From: an uncultured delta proteobacterium
GTDB lineage: Bacteria; Desulfobacterota; Binatia; UBA9968
DNA: 64,000 nucleotides
Assembly: GCA_963847445.1 (NCBI GenBank)
Contig: CAWJZV010000007.1
Coordinates: 1 to 64,000, forward strand
Direction of reading: 5' to 3'
In this document: positions 20,026 to 31,950 of the stretch, piece after piece
Position numbering within the stretch: position 1 is the first letter of the stretch
Layout: the number at the start of each line of letters is the position of its first letter
Program-made: the position numbers and the translations under genes
The notes under the pieces: model-generated
The model's input: only the letters and a program-made list of their open reading frames with translations
Told to the model about the DNA's origin: nothing
The model's database searches: none

Positions 20026-20255
20026 GTCATTCCCGCGCCGCGGGAATCCAGGTGACGGACAGAGTCCGTCATACCGTTGAAAAACGGTATCCAGGTGGAT
20101 GATGGGTCTGGCTGCCGGCCTGCGCGGCATGACGGAGCCCGGAGCTCTTCATTGTGGTGCAATCATCGCCTCACAGGTATTTCAAGGGGCACGAAGGCGG
20201 AAGGGTTCGGATGTTTACGTTCCGAACTTCGTGTTCTTCGTGCCTTCGTGGTGAA
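20026..20255. repeat. Degenerate REP-like elements downstream of nuoN
   Basis: GTCATTCCCGCGCCGCGGGAATCCA ... GCCGGCCTGCGCGGCATGAC, then a TTCGGA/TCCGAA hairpin with CTTCGTG tandem units. Confidence 0.65.
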
Positions 20256-20261
20256 TGAGTA

Positions 20262-21707
20262 TTATTCCAACGAGCTGAATGCCCGGCGGCTCCAGTCGAG
20301 AGCATCGGCTGGCAGAATACCCAAATAGATGGTGCCGAACAGCGCGATGGCGATGGCGATGTAAACAAACGGCGCTTGGCGAAAAGATTTTCCCTCAGCG
20401 CCGCCCTCTTCCATGTACATCGCGACAATGACTCGCAGATAAAAAATCACCGACAGCAGGCTATTGAGCACGCCGATGATGGCGAGGTTCAAATGGCCGG
20501 ATAAAACCGCCGAACGGAAAACGTAGAATTTGCCGGTGAAGCCGGCGAGCGGCGGGAAACCGGCGAGCGATAGCATGAACACCGCCATGGCCAGCGCCAA
20601 GAACGGCCGTTTGAAGCCCAAGCCGGCAAAGTCGCTATAATTATCACGAGGCTCGTCAACTTCCGCCATGCTGCTGAGCACGGCGAAGGCGCCGATCGTC
20701 ATGAATGAATAGGTGAGCAGATAGAACAACAGCGGCAGCCCGCCCCATTCGACGCCCACGACAATGGGAATCAGCAGATATCCCGCATGGGCGATGCTGG
20801 AATATGCCAGCATGCGTTTGATGCTATGTTGGGTGATCGCCAGCAGATTACCCAGGGTCATGGTGCCGATGGCGATGATCCAGAGGGGGAAAACCCAGTC
20901 GCTGTCCAACGGTGAGAGCTTGTAGAGCAGAATGCGCGCCCAGGCGGCGAAAGCGGCGGCTTTGACCGCCACCGACATGAAACCCGTCACCGGCGTCGGC
21001 GCGCCTTCGTAGACATCCGGCACCCAGAAATGAAACGGCACCGCGCCGACTTTGAAGGCGAAGCCGATCAGCAGCAAGAATCCGCCGCCGATCAGATAGA
21101 CCGGCCACTCGGTGGGCTGGTCGAGCAGATAAGCGGAGATTTGGGTTAAATTAGTCGAACCCGTGGCGCCGTAAATCAAGGCGATGCCATAGAGCAAGAA
21201 ACCGGTGGCGAACGCACCCATGATGAAATATTTCATCGACGCTTCGCTGGAGCGGCCGTTGGCGCGCCACATGCCGGTGAGCACGTAGACCGCGATCGAC
21301 ATGGTCTCCAGACCAAGAAAGAAAACCATCAAATCGTTGGCCGCCGCCATGACGATCATTCCCATGGTAGCGAACAGGATCAGGGCGTAAAATTCACCCT
21401 CGCGGATGCCAGCCTGGCGCACATAATGAATCGAGGTGAGAATGGTCAGCGCTGCGGCGATGATAAAGATCATCGTGAAAAACAATGCGAAGCGGTCGAG
21501 CATGTAGCTGTCGTTGAAGGCGCTTTCCTGCCCGCCGCCGAGCAACAATAGGACCTCAGCCGCGGCCAGAGCGAGACCGATGAGGCTGTAGAACGCCAAT
21601 ATCCCGCGCGGCTCGCCGTCCTTGATGAATAGATCGCGCACAGTCACCACCAGTGCGGCGACCAGCACTTGCAGCGCCGGGAGCAGGGGTAGGAGATTAA
21701 CGTCCAT
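20262..21707 (-). CDS. nuoN: NADH-quinone oxidoreductase subunit N
   Basis: [30 protein letters not shown] and [11 protein letters not shown]. Confidence 0.97.
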   Translation of the reverse strand: MDVNLLPLLPALQVLVAALVVTVRDLFIKDGEPRGILAFYSLIGLALAAAEVLLLLGGGQESAFNDSYMLDRFALFFTMIFIIAAALTILTSIHYVRQAGIREGEFYALILFATMGMIVMAAANDLMVFFLGLETMSIAVYVLTGMWRANGRSSEASMKYFIMGAFATGFLLYGIALIYGATGSTNLTQISAYLLDQPTEWPVYLIGGGFLLLIGFAFKVGAVPFHFWVPDVYEGAPTPVTGFMSVAVKAAAFAAWARILLYKLSPLDSDWVFPLWIIAIGTMTLGNLLAITQHSIKRMLAYSSIAHAGYLLIPIVVGVEWGGLPLLFYLLTYSFMTIGAFAVLSSMAEVDEPRDNYSDFAGLGFKRPFLALAMAVFMLSLAGFPPLAGFTGKFYVFRSAVLSGHLNLAIIGVLNSLLSVIFYLRVIVAMYMEEGGAEGKSFRQAPFVYIAIAIALFGTIYLGILPADALDWSRRAFSSLE

Positions 21708-23251
21708 CGGTCTTGTGCTCCGCGCTGACGCCTGATTGAGTGGCCACCGGTATGACTGGCATGGTGAGGATTCGTTTCAAATTAACTTCCACCGCCGGCT
21801 GCATGCGGCTCAAGAACGGCTGCGGATAGACACCCATGTAGAGGATCAAGAAAATGATCGGCGCTAAAATGACCCATTCTCGGCAATTCAGATCTTGCAG
21901 CTTTTGATTCTCCGGGTTGTTGAGCGGCCCGAAGATCACCCGGCGAAACATCCACAGCATATAGACCGCGCCAAGAATCACGCCGGTGGCGGCCACTGCG
22001 GTCCAGCGCGGCGTCACGCTAAACGACCCGAGCAAGATCAAAAATTCGCCGACGAAACCGTTGAGGCCAGGCAGCCCGATGGACGAAAAGGTCACGACCA
22101 GAAGCACAGCTGAAAACACCGGCATCTGTTTCCACAGCCCGCCAAACTCCGCGATCATCCGCGTATGGCGGCGGTCGTAGATCATGCCGACCATGAGAAA
22201 CAGCGCGCCGGTGGACAGTCCGTGACTGAGCATTTGATAGATGCTGCCCTGCACGCCCTGCATGTTGAGGGCGCAGAGCCCGAGCATGACGAAGCCCAAA
22301 TGGCTGACCGACGAATAGGCGACGAGCTTTTTTATGTCGCTCTGCATCATCGCCACCACCGCGCCGTAGACGATGCCGATGACCGATAGGGCGACCAGGT
22401 AGGGCATCAGCGCGATCGCCGCGTCGGGAAAGAGCGGCATGGCGAAGCGCAGAAAGCCGTAGGTGCCGAGCTTCAACAGCACGCCGGCGAGAATCACCGA
22501 TCCAGCAGTCGGCGCCTCCACATGGGCGTCAGGCAGCCAGGTATGAAACGGGAACAGCGGTATCTTGATAGCGAACGACAACGCGAAAGCAAGGAACAAC
22601 CAAGTTTGCTGCTCAACCGGCAGATGCAGGTCATAGAGTTGCAAGACATTGAAGGTCAGAACTTGGCTGACCTGGGCGTGACGTGTGGCCAGATAAATAA
22701 TCGCCACCAGCATGAGCAAACTGCCGGCCATGGTGAACAGGACGAATTTCACCGCCGCATAGATGCGCCGCGTGCCGCCCCACACACCGATCAAAAAATA
22801 CATCGGCACCAGCATCACTTCCCAGAAGACATAGAACAGCACCAGATCGAGAGCTAAGAACGCGCCAAGCATGCCGGTTTCCAAGAGCAGCATAAAAATC
22901 AAATACTCTTTGACCTTGTCGCGCACCGACCAGGAAGCCAACAGCGCCAGCGGCATGAGAAAAGTCGTGAGCAAAACCAGAAAAATGCTGATGCCGTCGA
23001 TGCCGAGAATATATTGAATGCCAAAGGCCGGCATCCACGCCACCCGCTCGACCAGTCTGCATCTCGCCATTCGTGCCGTCGAAGCGAACGAGTATTTTTA
23101 GCGACCAGAGAAACGCCGCCGCGCCGGCGAGCAACGCGACGGAGAACAGCCCGGCCGACTGGCGCCGTGGCAAAAACACTAACAACGCCGCGCCGATCAC
23201 CGGGATGGCGAGTAGCAGAGTCAAATCTCCGAAACCCTGAGCTGAGATCAT
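21697..23251 (-). CDS. nuoM: NADH-quinone oxidoreductase subunit M, frameshift near 23057
   Basis: [28 protein letters not shown] and [11 protein letters not shown]. The N-terminus is in ORF 22631-23251. Confidence 0.96.
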
Positions 23252-25173
23252 GACAGTTGTCCGAGGTAGTAGGCGAGTAGAGCCAGGGCTCCGACCAAAA
23301 ACATCGCCGCGTAGTGCTGCACGTTGCCGGTCTGCAAGCCGCGCCAGACGGTACTAAAACCGCGCACCGTGGCCGCCAGGCCATTGACGGCGCCATCGAT
23401 CACCCAAGGATCGACGATGCTGGCGAAAAATTTGGCTAGCGCGGTGAACGGACGGACAAAAACAAAATCGTAAATCTCGTCGACGTAATATTTGTTAAGC
23501 GAAATGTCGTAGAAAATGCCGTTGGCTGTCTGTTGCGCAGTCCGCGCCCCGGGCCTTCCGTACATGAGGTAAGCCAGATAAATTCCCGCGGTCACCACGG
23601 CCAAAGTCAGGGCGGTCACCAATAATTCGGTGCTGACGGAATCATGATGTTCCGCGGCGGGGCCAAAAATCGGCGCCAGCCAATGGTCCCAACGGCTGCC
23701 CCAGAGATATTCCGGCGCGCCCAACCAGCCGGTGAAGATCGAACCGACGGCAAGAATCATCAGCGGCCAAGTCATCACCGCTGGCGATTCATGAAGATGC
23801 GCCTTGGCATGGTCACCGGCGCGGCACTCGCCGTGAAAGACCATGAATAGTTGACGAAACATGTAAAACGCTGTCATGCCAGCGGTGAGTAGCCCGACGC
23901 CCCATAAGATTCCTGCGCCGTGGCTGAAGGTCTGCCAGAGAATCAAATCTTTGGAGAAAAAACCGGCGGTGAACGGCACCCCTGCAATGGCTAATGTCGC
24001 GACGACGTAGGTCCAGTAGGTCTTGGGCATATGCGCCTTGAGCCCACCCATCTTGCGCATATCCTGCTCGCCGCCGAGGGCGTGGATCACGCTGCCCGAA
24101 CCCAAGAACAGGCAAGCTTTGAAAAATGCATGGGTGAAGACATGAAAGATCGCCGCGCCAAAGGCGCCCATGCCGACGGCGAGAAACATGTAGCCCAATT
24201 GGCTCACCGTCGAGTAGGCCAGGACTTTCTTAATATCGTTCTGGGTCAGCGCGATGGTGGCGGCGAAAAATGCCGTCGCCGCGCCGATCACGGCGATCAC
24301 CGCCAAGGTCGCCGGCGCCAAGGCGAAGAGAAAATGCAGCCGCGCCGTCATATAGACGCCGGCGGTGACCATGGTGGCGGCGTGAATCAACGCGCTCACC
24401 GGCGTCGGCCCAGCCATGGCATCGGGCAGCCAGACGAACAGCGGCAGTTGCGCCGACTTGCCGGTGGCGCCGATAAAAAGCAGGAAGGTAATCAACGTGA
24501 TCGTGCCGGGTGAGAGCATTTTCACATGCTTCTGCAACTCGCCGAAGTCCAAGGTCCAGATGCCCTGGCGGCCCAACTCCGCCACCAAAACGAAAATGCC
24601 GATGATGAAACCCAAGTCGCCGATGCGGTTGACGATAAAAGCCTTGTTGCCGGCGATGGTGTTATTGTGATCGTGATACCAGAAGCCGATCAAGAGATAA
24701 GAACACAGGCCGACGCCCTCCCAGCCGACAAACAGCAAGAGCAGATTGTCGCCCATGACCAGCACCAGCATGAAAAAGATAAACAGGTTGAGATAGATAA
24801 AAAAGCGCACCATGTCTGGGTCATGGCCCATGTAGCCCAAAGAATAAATATGGATCAGCAAACCGATGCCGGTGACGACGAGCAGCATCACCGCGGTCAG
24901 CGCATCGACTTGAAACGCGAAATTGACCTGAAACGAGCCCGACTGAATCCAGGTATAGACCAGGTCGCGAAAAATTCCCGTTGCCGGCAGTTGCCAAAAT
25001 ATATAGAAAGCCAGCGCGAACGATGCACCCACCGCCGCCGAGGCCAGGGCACCGGCACGTTGGTTGCCCATGGCGCGGCCAAAGAACAAATTGATCACGC
25101 TGCCCAACAGCGGAATCAGCGGAATCCAGCGCAGCAGATCGGTGCTCACCAGGTTTTGACTCGTCTCTACCAT
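23248..25173 (-). CDS. nuoL: NADH-quinone oxidoreductase subunit L
   Basis: [10 protein letters not shown] and [32 protein letters not shown]. Confidence 0.97.
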   Translation of the reverse strand: MVETSQNLVSTDLLRWIPLIPLLGSVINLFFGRAMGNQRAGALASAAVGASFALAFYIFWQLPATGIFRDLVYTWIQSGSFQVNFAFQVDALTAVMLLVVTGIGLLIHIYSLGYMGHDPDMVRFFIYLNLFIFFMLVLVMGDNLLLLFVGWEGVGLCSYLLIGFWYHDHNNTIAGNKAFIVNRIGDLGFIIGIFVLVAELGRQGIWTLDFGELQKHVKMLSPGTITLITFLLFIGATGKSAQLPLFVWLPDAMAGPTPVSALIHAATMVTAGVYMTARLHFLFALAPATLAVIAVIGAATAFFAATIALTQNDIKKVLAYSTVSQLGYMFLAVGMGAFGAAIFHVFTHAFFKACLFLGSGSVIHALGGEQDMRKMGGLKAHMPKTYWTYVVATLAIAGVPFTAGFFSKDLILWQTFSHGAGILWGVGLLTAGMTAFYMFRQLFMVFHGECRAGDHAKAHLHESPAVMTWPLMILAVGSIFTGWLGAPEYLWGSRWDHWLAPIFGPAAEHHDSVSTELLVTALTLAVVTAGIYLAYLMYGRPGARTAQQTANGIFYDISLNKYYVDEIYDFVFVRPFTALAKFFASIVDPWVIDGAVNGLAATVRGFSTVWRGLQTGNVQHYAAMFLVGALALLAYYLGQLS

Positions 25174-25478
25174 TTGAGCAGCTGCATCTCCTGGGGATCC
25201 AAAGATTGGCGATGGCGATAGACGGATATGACGATGGCCAGGCCGATCACAGCTTCAGCGGCGGCCACCGCCATGACGAAAAACACCACCACCTGGCCGT
25301 CGGTCGAGCCCAGATAGCGTGAAAACGCGATGAAAGTCAGGTTGACGGCGTTGAGCATGAGCTCGATGGACATGAGGATGACGATCAGATTGCGCCGGAT
25401 GAGCACACCGATGACGCCGATGGCGAAGATCACCGCGCTTAGAATCAGATAGTTATGCAGCGCAATCATGGAACTCAA
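25167..25478 (-). CDS. nuoK: NADH-quinone oxidoreductase subunit K
   Basis: [16 protein letters not shown] and [11 protein letters not shown]. Confidence 0.97.
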   Translation of the reverse strand: MSSMIALHNYLILSAVIFAIGVIGVLIRRNLIVILMSIELMLNAVNLTFIAFSRYLGSTDGQVVVFFVMAVAAAEAVIGLAIVISVYRHRQSLDPQEMQLLKW

Positions 25479-25969
25479 TTTTCTCGCTTGGCCAATACCA
25501 CCGCGCCGATGATCGCCACCAGTAACAACACCGAGGCGATTTCGAAGGGCAGAACAAAATCACTGAACAAACTTTTAGCCAACATTTCCGGACTGCCGAA
25601 TAACTCGGTGGCGGCTACCGGATCGGCGGGCAAATCGTTGGTCATCACCAAAGGCACCAACACACCGGCCAACATCAGCCCCAGGATTGTCCCGAAGCCC
25701 CACCATAGACCGCGCTGCCGCTCCAGCGCGGCCGGGTTGAGAAGCATGATGACGAAAAGAAACAAGACCATGATAGCGCCGGCATAGACCATCACCTGCA
25801 ACACTCCGACCATGGGCGCCTGCAATGTGACGAACAACACCGCGATCAAGAGCAGCGCCGAAACCAGCGCCATGGCGCAGTGGACGACGTTGCGCAAAAA
25901 CACCACCAACAGCGACGCGATCACCAGCAAGGTAGCCAACAGGTAGAAAATCAGACTCGCGGTATCCAT
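25475..25969 (-). CDS. nuoJ: NADH-quinone oxidoreductase subunit J
   Basis: [20 protein letters not shown] and [17 protein letters not shown]. Confidence 0.97.
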   Translation of the reverse strand: MDTASLIFYLLATLLVIASLLVVFLRNVVHCAMALVSALLLIAVLFVTLQAPMVGVLQVMVYAGAIMVLFLFVIMLLNPAALERQRGLWWGFGTILGLMLAGVLVPLVMTNDLPADPVAATELFGSPEMLAKSLFSDFVLPFEIASVLLLVAIIGAVVLAKREN

Positions 25970-25981
25970 GGATTCAATCGT

Positions 25982-27113
25982 TCACTGTGCCGCCAGGATC
26001 CAAATCGCCGTGGCGACGACGTTAAGCAGTGCCAGCGGCAAGAGCATTTTCCAACCCAAGCGCATGACCTGGTCGTAGCGAAAGCGCGGCACGCTCCAGC
26101 GCAAGAAGAATCTGCAGCCAGCAGAAAAACACCACTTTGACTGTGAATGCCGTTACTTGCAGCAAGACGATTAGGATATGCGGCAGCAGCCAGGTGCCGC
26201 CCCAGGGGAAATGGAAACCGTCGCGCAAAAGATAGGGCACCTGCCAGCCGCCGAAGAACAGCGTCGTCACCAAGCCGGCGACGGTGACGATCTCGGCGAA
26301 CTCACCGGCAAAAAACATCAAGAACTTGCCGCCGGAATATTCGACATGATAGCCGGCGACCAGCTCCGACTCCCCTTCCGGCAAGTCGAACGGGATGCGT
26401 TTGGTCTCCGCCACCGCGGCGGTAAAAAAAAGCAAAAAGGCCAGAGGCTGGAGAAATATTCCCCAAGCGGGCAACCAACCGACCAGCGGACTTAAAAAAC
26501 TCAGCCAGCTGGGCATGAGGTCGCGGATCAGCATGCCCTGGCCGCGGGCGATATCTTGCAGCTCTAACGTCCCGTAAACCATCAAAACGCCAATGACGGA
26601 TAAGCCCATGGCGATTTCATAGGAGATCATCTGCGCCGAGCCGCGCACGCCGCCGAGCATGGAAAACTTATTGTTCGATGCCCAGGCGCCGATGACGATG
26701 CCATAGACACCGAGCGAGCCCATGGCGAAGACGTAGAGTATGCCGATATTGAGATTAGCCACTTGCAGGTTGATCGAGCGCTCGCCGATGTTGAGGACAT
26801 CGCCAAACGGAATGACCGCAAAGGTGACCAGTGCGGGGAACAGCGCCATGCACGGCGCCAAGGTATGCAAGAAGCGGTCGCCCTTGGGCGGAATGAAGTC
26901 TTCTTTAAAAAGAAACTTGAGCGGATCGGCGATCAACGTGTTGACAAGACCCATGCCGGCGAAGCCAAAAATCGACGCCCGGTTGGCACCGATGCGGTCT
27001 TGGATCAGCGCGCTGCCCTTGCGCTCGATCCAGCCAAGAACGCCGGCGAGGTTGAGTACCATACCGACAACCAGCACGGCTTTAAGGGTGATAATCGCGA
27101 GATCGACGATCAT
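25982..27113 (-). CDS. nuoH: NADH-quinone oxidoreductase subunit H, frameshift near 26105
   Basis: ERK...QDRIG, AQMISYE and [15 protein letters not shown]. The C-terminus [18 protein letters not shown] is in a shifted frame that stops at 25982. Confidence 0.96.
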
Positions 27114-28699
27114 GACGCTGCGCCACCGCCACTTCCCAATGCATACCCTTGATCGCCGATCGAGTCGTAGGTTAGTCCATTGTAGGCGATCACTTCTCTG
27201 GTCAACGCCGTGAAAATGTCGCTCGGCGTCGCATAATCGAGCTTTTGCCCCGCGCCATCGAGTAAGCGTAAAAAAATCTCGCTGTCTTGGCGCGCCCCTT
27301 CGGGGCAGATCACCGCGGCATTGAGCTTTTGCACGCGGCCCTGGCGATTGGTGTAGGTGCCCTCTTTCTCGCCAAAATGCGCCGCCGGTAAAACCACCTG
27401 GGCCAACTTGGCGCTCTCTGTCAGCTTGGTATCTTGCACCACCAGGAAACTAAGTCTCTCTAAAGCGCGGCGAATCTGCGCGCTGTCGCCATTGGCTCCG
27501 AGCAAATCCTCGCCGACGATGAAGGCGCTGGAAAAGTTGTTGCCGGCCAATGCTTGCATCAGCCCGGCGAAACCGCCGCTGCTACTAACTCCCATATCGC
27601 GGGCGCCACGGAAATTCGGCGACCGGTCCGGGCTCATCAGAATCTTTTGAACTTCGGTGAGTTGGCGTTCCTGATAGAAAACTTCCATGGAACAATTCTT
27701 GGCGAGCTCGGGCATTAGCTTGGCGAACAAGTACGCCTCTTCGTTGGTACTGCGCCCGGAAAGAATTCCCGCCAGCGGCTGCGCGCCACGCAGACCATTG
27801 ATCACGGCTTGCAACGCCACCTCCCAAGTCGTCGGCACCAGTCCGCCTTCCTGGCGAATCAGCGGCGTGGTCAGCCGCTCGCCGCCGGCGAGATCGTGAA
27901 AACAGTAACGCCCCTCGTCGCAGATCCAGTGGCTGTTGACCGCTTCGTTCACGCGCGGTTTGAAACGCGCGATTTTGTTTTGATAGGCCTCGACGCTGAT
28001 GTTGCAGCCGGTGCTGCAGCCCGGACAGATGGACGGGGTCTTGTCCAAATACCAGACCCGCACCTTGAAACGAAAATCCCGGTCGGTGAGCGCGCCCACC
28101 GGGCAAATGTCGACGACGTTGGCGGATAACGGGTTGTCGAGCACGGCATCGTCGAATAGTGAAATCGTCGAGTGATCACCGCGGTTGACCACCGCCAGCT
28201 CATGGGTCTTGGTGATCTCTTGGCAAAAGCGCACGCAGCGGGTGCACTTGATGCAGCGCTCGCCGTCGAATACCACGTTGGGGCCGAATATGGTCTTCTT
28301 ACGGTCGTGGATCTTGCCGACTTCGAGGCGGCTCTCCTCGCGGTTATGCTCCATATAGTAATTCTGCAACTGGCACTCGCCGGCCTGGTCGCAGATCGGG
28401 CAATCCACCGGGTGATTGATCAGCAGAAATTCCAACACCGCTTTGCGCACCGCGACCACCTTAGCACTCTGGGTCAGGATCGACATGCCCTCGGTCACCT
28501 GGGTATTGCAGGCAATCTGCAGCTTGGGCATTTTTTCGATCTCGACCATGCACATGCGGCAGTTGCCGGCGATGGACAGCTTCGGGTGATAGCAGTAATG
28601 CGGGATCGACACCCCGGCCTCGGCCGCCGCCTGAATCACGGTCTTGCCTTTGCTGGTGACGACTTCTTGGCCGTCAACAATGATTTTTACTGGATCCAT
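27110..28699 (-). CDS. nuoG: NADH-quinone oxidoreductase subunit G (short, 529 aa)
   Basis: YCYHP..GNCRMC, NHPVDCPICDQAGEC, CIKCTRC...CPVGAL, and an extra CPGCSTGC...WICD (N7-type cluster). Confidence 0.95.
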   Translation of the reverse strand: MDPVKIIVDGQEVVTSKGKTVIQAAAEAGVSIPHYCYHPKLSIAGNCRMCMVEIEKMPKLQIACNTQVTEGMSILTQSAKVVAVRKAVLEFLLINHPVDCPICDQAGECQLQNYYMEHNREESRLEVGKIHDRKKTIFGPNVVFDGERCIKCTRCVRFCQEITKTHELAVVNRGDHSTISLFDDAVLDNPLSANVVDICPVGALTDRDFRFKVRVWYLDKTPSICPGCSTGCNISVEAYQNKIARFKPRVNEAVNSHWICDEGRYCFHDLAGGERLTTPLIRQEGGLVPTTWEVALQAVINGLRGAQPLAGILSGRSTNEEAYLFAKLMPELAKNCSMEVFYQERQLTEVQKILMSPDRSPNFRGARDMGVSSSGGFAGLMQALAGNNFSSAFIVGEDLLGANGDSAQIRRALERLSFLVVQDTKLTESAKLAQVVLPAAHFGEKEGTYTNRQGRVQKLNAAVICPEGARQDSEIFLRLLDGAGQKLDYATPSDIFTALTREVIAYNGLTYDSIGDQGYALGSGGGAAS

Positions 28700-28707
28700 A
28701 ATGAAGA

Positions 28708-28787
28708 TTGGAGTGATGGAGTACTGGAGTGTTGGAGTATGGGTCCGGCCCCATCACTCCATTGCACCGATACTCCAGTACTCCATT
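28708..28787. repeat. Tandem-inverted TGGAGT/ACTCCA element between nuoF and nuoG
   Basis: Four TGGAGT units at an 8-nt period, a loop, then inverted ACTCCA units. Confidence 0.85.
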
Positions 28788-28788
28788 C

Positions 28789-30057
28789 CTAACCTCTCAC
28801 CGTGCATTTCCCCGCCGCGATATGCGCTTCGAACTCGTCGCGGTATTTTCTGATAAACGCTCCCGCCGGCATCGCCGCGGCGTCGCCGAACGGACAGATC
28901 GTATTGCCGGCGATGTTGCCGGCAATGTTGAGAATCAGATCTAAATCGTTCTTTTGTGCGCCGCCATGTTCGACGCGGTAAAAAATCTTTTCCATCCAGT
29001 GGCAGCCTTCGCGGCAGGGACTGCATTGGCCGCACGACTCATGGGCGTAAAAGCGCGCAATGTTCCATGCCGCCCGCACCATGCAGACAGTCTCATCCAT
29101 GACGATAACGCCGCCCGAGCCGAGCAGGCTGCCCGCTGCCGCCACCGACTCGTAATCGAGATTTACTTTTTCGATCTCATCGGGCTTCAACACCGGCATC
29201 GAGCCGCCGCCGGGAATGACGCCTTTTAATTTCTTGCCGTTGGGCACGCCGCCGCAATCTTCTTCGAGAAATTTCTTGAATGGATAACCCATCTCGACTT
29301 CGTAGACCCCCGGCCTGGCGATATGGCCGCTGACGCTGAACAGCTTCGTGCCCTTGCTCTTTTCCGTGCCCATGGCGCTATAAGCCGCGGCGCCGCGCTC
29401 GATAATCCATGGCAAGGCGGCTAAGGTCTCGACGTTGTTCACCACCGTCGGACAGCCGAACAGACCATGGGTAGCCGGGAATGGCGGTTTGACTTTAGGC
29501 CAGCCGCGGCCGCCTTCGAGAGAAGACAGCAATGCGGTCTCTTCGCCGCAGATATAAGCCCCGGCGCCACGGTGCACGATGACATCCAAGTCGTAGCCGG
29601 TACCAAAGAGATTTTTGCCGATCAAGCCGGCCTGATAGGCTTCGGCAACCGCCTGCTCCAACCGGGTCGCGCCAAACACCATCTCGCCGCGGATATAAAT
29701 AAACGCCGTATGCGATTGAATCGCGAAGGCGGCGATCATCGTGCCCTCGATAAGCGCGTGCGGATCCTGCTCGATCAGCAAGCGATCTTTAAAGGTTCCC
29801 GGTTCGCTCTCGTCGGCGTTGCAGACCAAATATTTCGGCTTGGGACTGTCTTTGGGAACGAAACTCCACTTCATGCCGGTAGGAAAACCCGCGCCGCCGC
29901 GGCCGCGCAGACCGGAGGCTTTGACTTCTTCGATCAGCTGCTCCGGCTTCATGCCCTCAACTACCTTGCGCCAAGAGCCGTAGCCGCCACGAGACTGATA
30001 AGTTGCCAGCGTGTGCGAGCCAGGAACGCCGATATTGCGGAGGAGAAGTTTTTCCAT
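28789..30057 (-). CDS. nuoF: NADH-quinone oxidoreductase subunit F
   Basis: GLRGRGGAGFPTGMKW, NADESEPGTFKDR, GAGAYICGEET and ESCGQCSPCREG. Confidence 0.98.
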   Translation of the reverse strand: MEKLLLRNIGVPGSHTLATYQSRGGYGSWRKVVEGMKPEQLIEEVKASGLRGRGGAGFPTGMKWSFVPKDSPKPKYLVCNADESEPGTFKDRLLIEQDPHALIEGTMIAAFAIQSHTAFIYIRGEMVFGATRLEQAVAEAYQAGLIGKNLFGTGYDLDVIVHRGAGAYICGEETALLSSLEGGRGWPKVKPPFPATHGLFGCPTVVNNVETLAALPWIIERGAAAYSAMGTEKSKGTKLFSVSGHIARPGVYEVEMGYPFKKFLEEDCGGVPNGKKLKGVIPGGGSMPVLKPDEIEKVNLDYESVAAAGSLLGSGGVIVMDETVCMVRAAWNIARFYAHESCGQCSPCREGCHWMEKIFYRVEHGGAQKNDLDLILNIAGNIAGNTICPFGDAAAMPAGAFIRKYRDEFEAHIAAGKCTVRG

Positions 30058-30073
30058 GAACTCTTAAGTCGAA

Positions 30074-30150
30074 ATTGATAATTAAAAATGGCGAATGGAG
30101 AATGTTCCGGATTCTGTCATTTTCAATTTTCCATTCTCCATTATTAATTG
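30074..30150. repeat. Tandem-inverted 7-mer (AATGGAG/CTCCATT-like) element between nuoE and nuoF
   Basis: AAAATGGCGAATGGAGAATG ... CATTTTCAATTTTCCATTCTCCATT. Confidence 0.7.
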
Positions 30151-30625
30151 TTATTTCATGCCGTCGAGAATTTGCGTCGATCTTCTCTTCGGTCAAGTCT
30201 TCATAATAGTCGTCGTTCACTTGCATCATCGGCGCGCTGCCGCAAGAGGCCAAACACTCCACTTCCGCCAGCGTAAACCTGCCATCCGCGGTGGTCTGCC
30301 CGCATTCGATGCCAAGTTTCTTCTTGAGAAACGCCGTCACTTCCTCGGCGCCACGCAAGGCGCAGGAAAGCGTACGGCAAACCTGAATATGGTGGCGCCC
30401 GATCGGCTTCATGTTGTACATGGAGTAAAAACTCACCACGCCATAGACGCGCGCCGGCGCCTGGCCCATCAGCTTGGCGACATATTCGATCGCCTCCGGC
30501 CCGAGATGGCCGAATTCACGCTGTGCCAAATAAAGCACCGGCAGCATCGCCGCTTCCTTCTGCGGATAGCGCGCGACCGTCGCTTCGAATGTTTTCAGCG
30601 TCTCAGGTGAAAATTCTAATGCCAT
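30151..30625 (-). CDS. nuoE: NADH-quinone oxidoreductase subunit E, frameshift near 30172
   Basis: VVSFYSMY, VCRTLSC and VECLASCGSAP. The corrected end is ILDGMK*. Confidence 0.96.
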
Positions 30626-30637
30626 GTTGTTACGGGC

Positions 30638-30727
30638 CGAGGATGGAAGATCGAGGATGGAAGATTGAAAGAAAGACCTCCAAACCTCGTATTTCGTCTA
30701 TCGTCTATCCTTCATCCTCTATCCTCG
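30638..30727. repeat. Tandem-inverted 7-mer (GAGGATG/ATCCTC) element between nuoD and nuoE
   Basis: CGAGGATGGAAGATCGAGGATGGAAGAT ... TCTATCGTCTATCCTTCATCCTCTATCCTCG. Confidence 0.8.
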
Positions 30728-30738
30728 ACTATCCTAAT

Positions 30739-31929
30739 TTACCGATCACATTCTCCGCCGATCATATTAATCATGCCGAAGGTCGGCACGATATCCGCGA
30801 CCATGTAACCTTTGATCATTGCGGCAAACGCGCCCATGGCGATGAAACAAGGCGGCCGGACGCGTAAGCGATAGGGCTTGCCGCCGCCGTCGCTGACGAT
30901 GTAAAAACCCAACTCGCCGTTGCCGCCTTCCACCGCGCTATAGGTCTCCCCCGCCGGCACCTGAATGCCTTCCATGATGATTTTGAAATGATGCATCAAG
31001 CCTTCGATGCTGCCGTAAACTTTTTCCTTTTCCGGCAGGACGAATCGCGCATCCTCGATCCACACCGGACCGACAGGCAATTGCCGCAGCGCCTGCTCGA
31101 CGATCTTCATGCTCTGCTGGATCTCACCGAGCCGGCACAGGAAGCGATCGTAGTTATCGCCGCGGCTGCCCACCGGGATTTCGAAATCTAATTTATCGTA
31201 AACCAAATAAGGGAACGCCTTGCGGACATCGTAGTCGACGCCGGTGGCGCGCAGGATCGGCCCGGTCAGGCTGTGATCGAGCGCCGATTCCTTCGAGATC
31301 ACTCCGACGTTGGCCATGCGGTCGAGAAAAATCCGGTTGCGCGACAGTAAGCGGTCGCAATCGTCGAGTAGCTTGCGGATCGTTGTGAATGCCGCAGTGA
31401 CGCGCTCGGCGAAATCCTCCGGCAGGTCATGCTTGAGCCCGCCGATGCGCACATAGGTCACCGTCAGCCGGGCGCCGGTGAGATTTTCGATGATGCGGGT
31501 GATCAATTCGCGGGCTTCGATCATATAGAAACCGGCGGTGATCGCGCCCAACTCCGAAGCGGCCATGCCGCAGCAGGTTAAATGATCGAAGAGTCGCGCC
31601 AGCTCGCTGATAATCACGCGAATATACTGGCAGCGCGGCGGGGTTTCCGCGCCGATGAGCTTTTCCACGGCGAGGGCGTAGCCGACGTTGTTGATCAACG
31701 ACGAGGCATAATTGAGCCGGTCGGTGTAGGGAATGACTTGGGTCCAGGTCGCCTGTTCGCAGCTCTTGTCGAAGCCACGGTGAAGAAAACCCAACTCGAC
31801 ATCGCAGTCGAGAACTTTTTCGCCTTCGAGCTTGAGATTGAACTTGATGGTCCCATGGGTCGCCGGATGGGACGGTCCCATCTGTAACTCCATGATCTCA
31901 TGCGGCAGCTCTGGGTTATCGGCTTTCAT
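30739..31929 (-). CDS. nuoD: NADH-quinone oxidoreductase subunit D
   Basis: MGPSHPATHG, LHRGFDK, YTDRLNY, GELGFY and a C-terminal GECDR. Confidence 0.97.
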   Translation of the reverse strand: MKADNPELPHEIMELQMGPSHPATHGTIKFNLKLEGEKVLDCDVELGFLHRGFDKSCEQATWTQVIPYTDRLNYASSLINNVGYALAVEKLIGAETPPRCQYIRVIISELARLFDHLTCCGMAASELGAITAGFYMIEARELITRIIENLTGARLTVTYVRIGGLKHDLPEDFAERVTAAFTTIRKLLDDCDRLLSRNRIFLDRMANVGVISKESALDHSLTGPILRATGVDYDVRKAFPYLVYDKLDFEIPVGSRGDNYDRFLCRLGEIQQSMKIVEQALRQLPVGPVWIEDARFVLPEKEKVYGSIEGLMHHFKIIMEGIQVPAGETYSAVEGGNGELGFYIVSDGGGKPYRLRVRPPCFIAMGAFAAMIKGYMVADIVPTFGMINMIGGECDR

Positions 31930-31950
31930 CGAGTTGTTCGGGCAGAGATG

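Noticed and set aside
28708-28787. CRISPR array or simple VNTR in the short tandem repeats
   Set aside because: Units are 7-9 nt with no unique spacers, they are arranged as inverted arms, and no cas genes are present.
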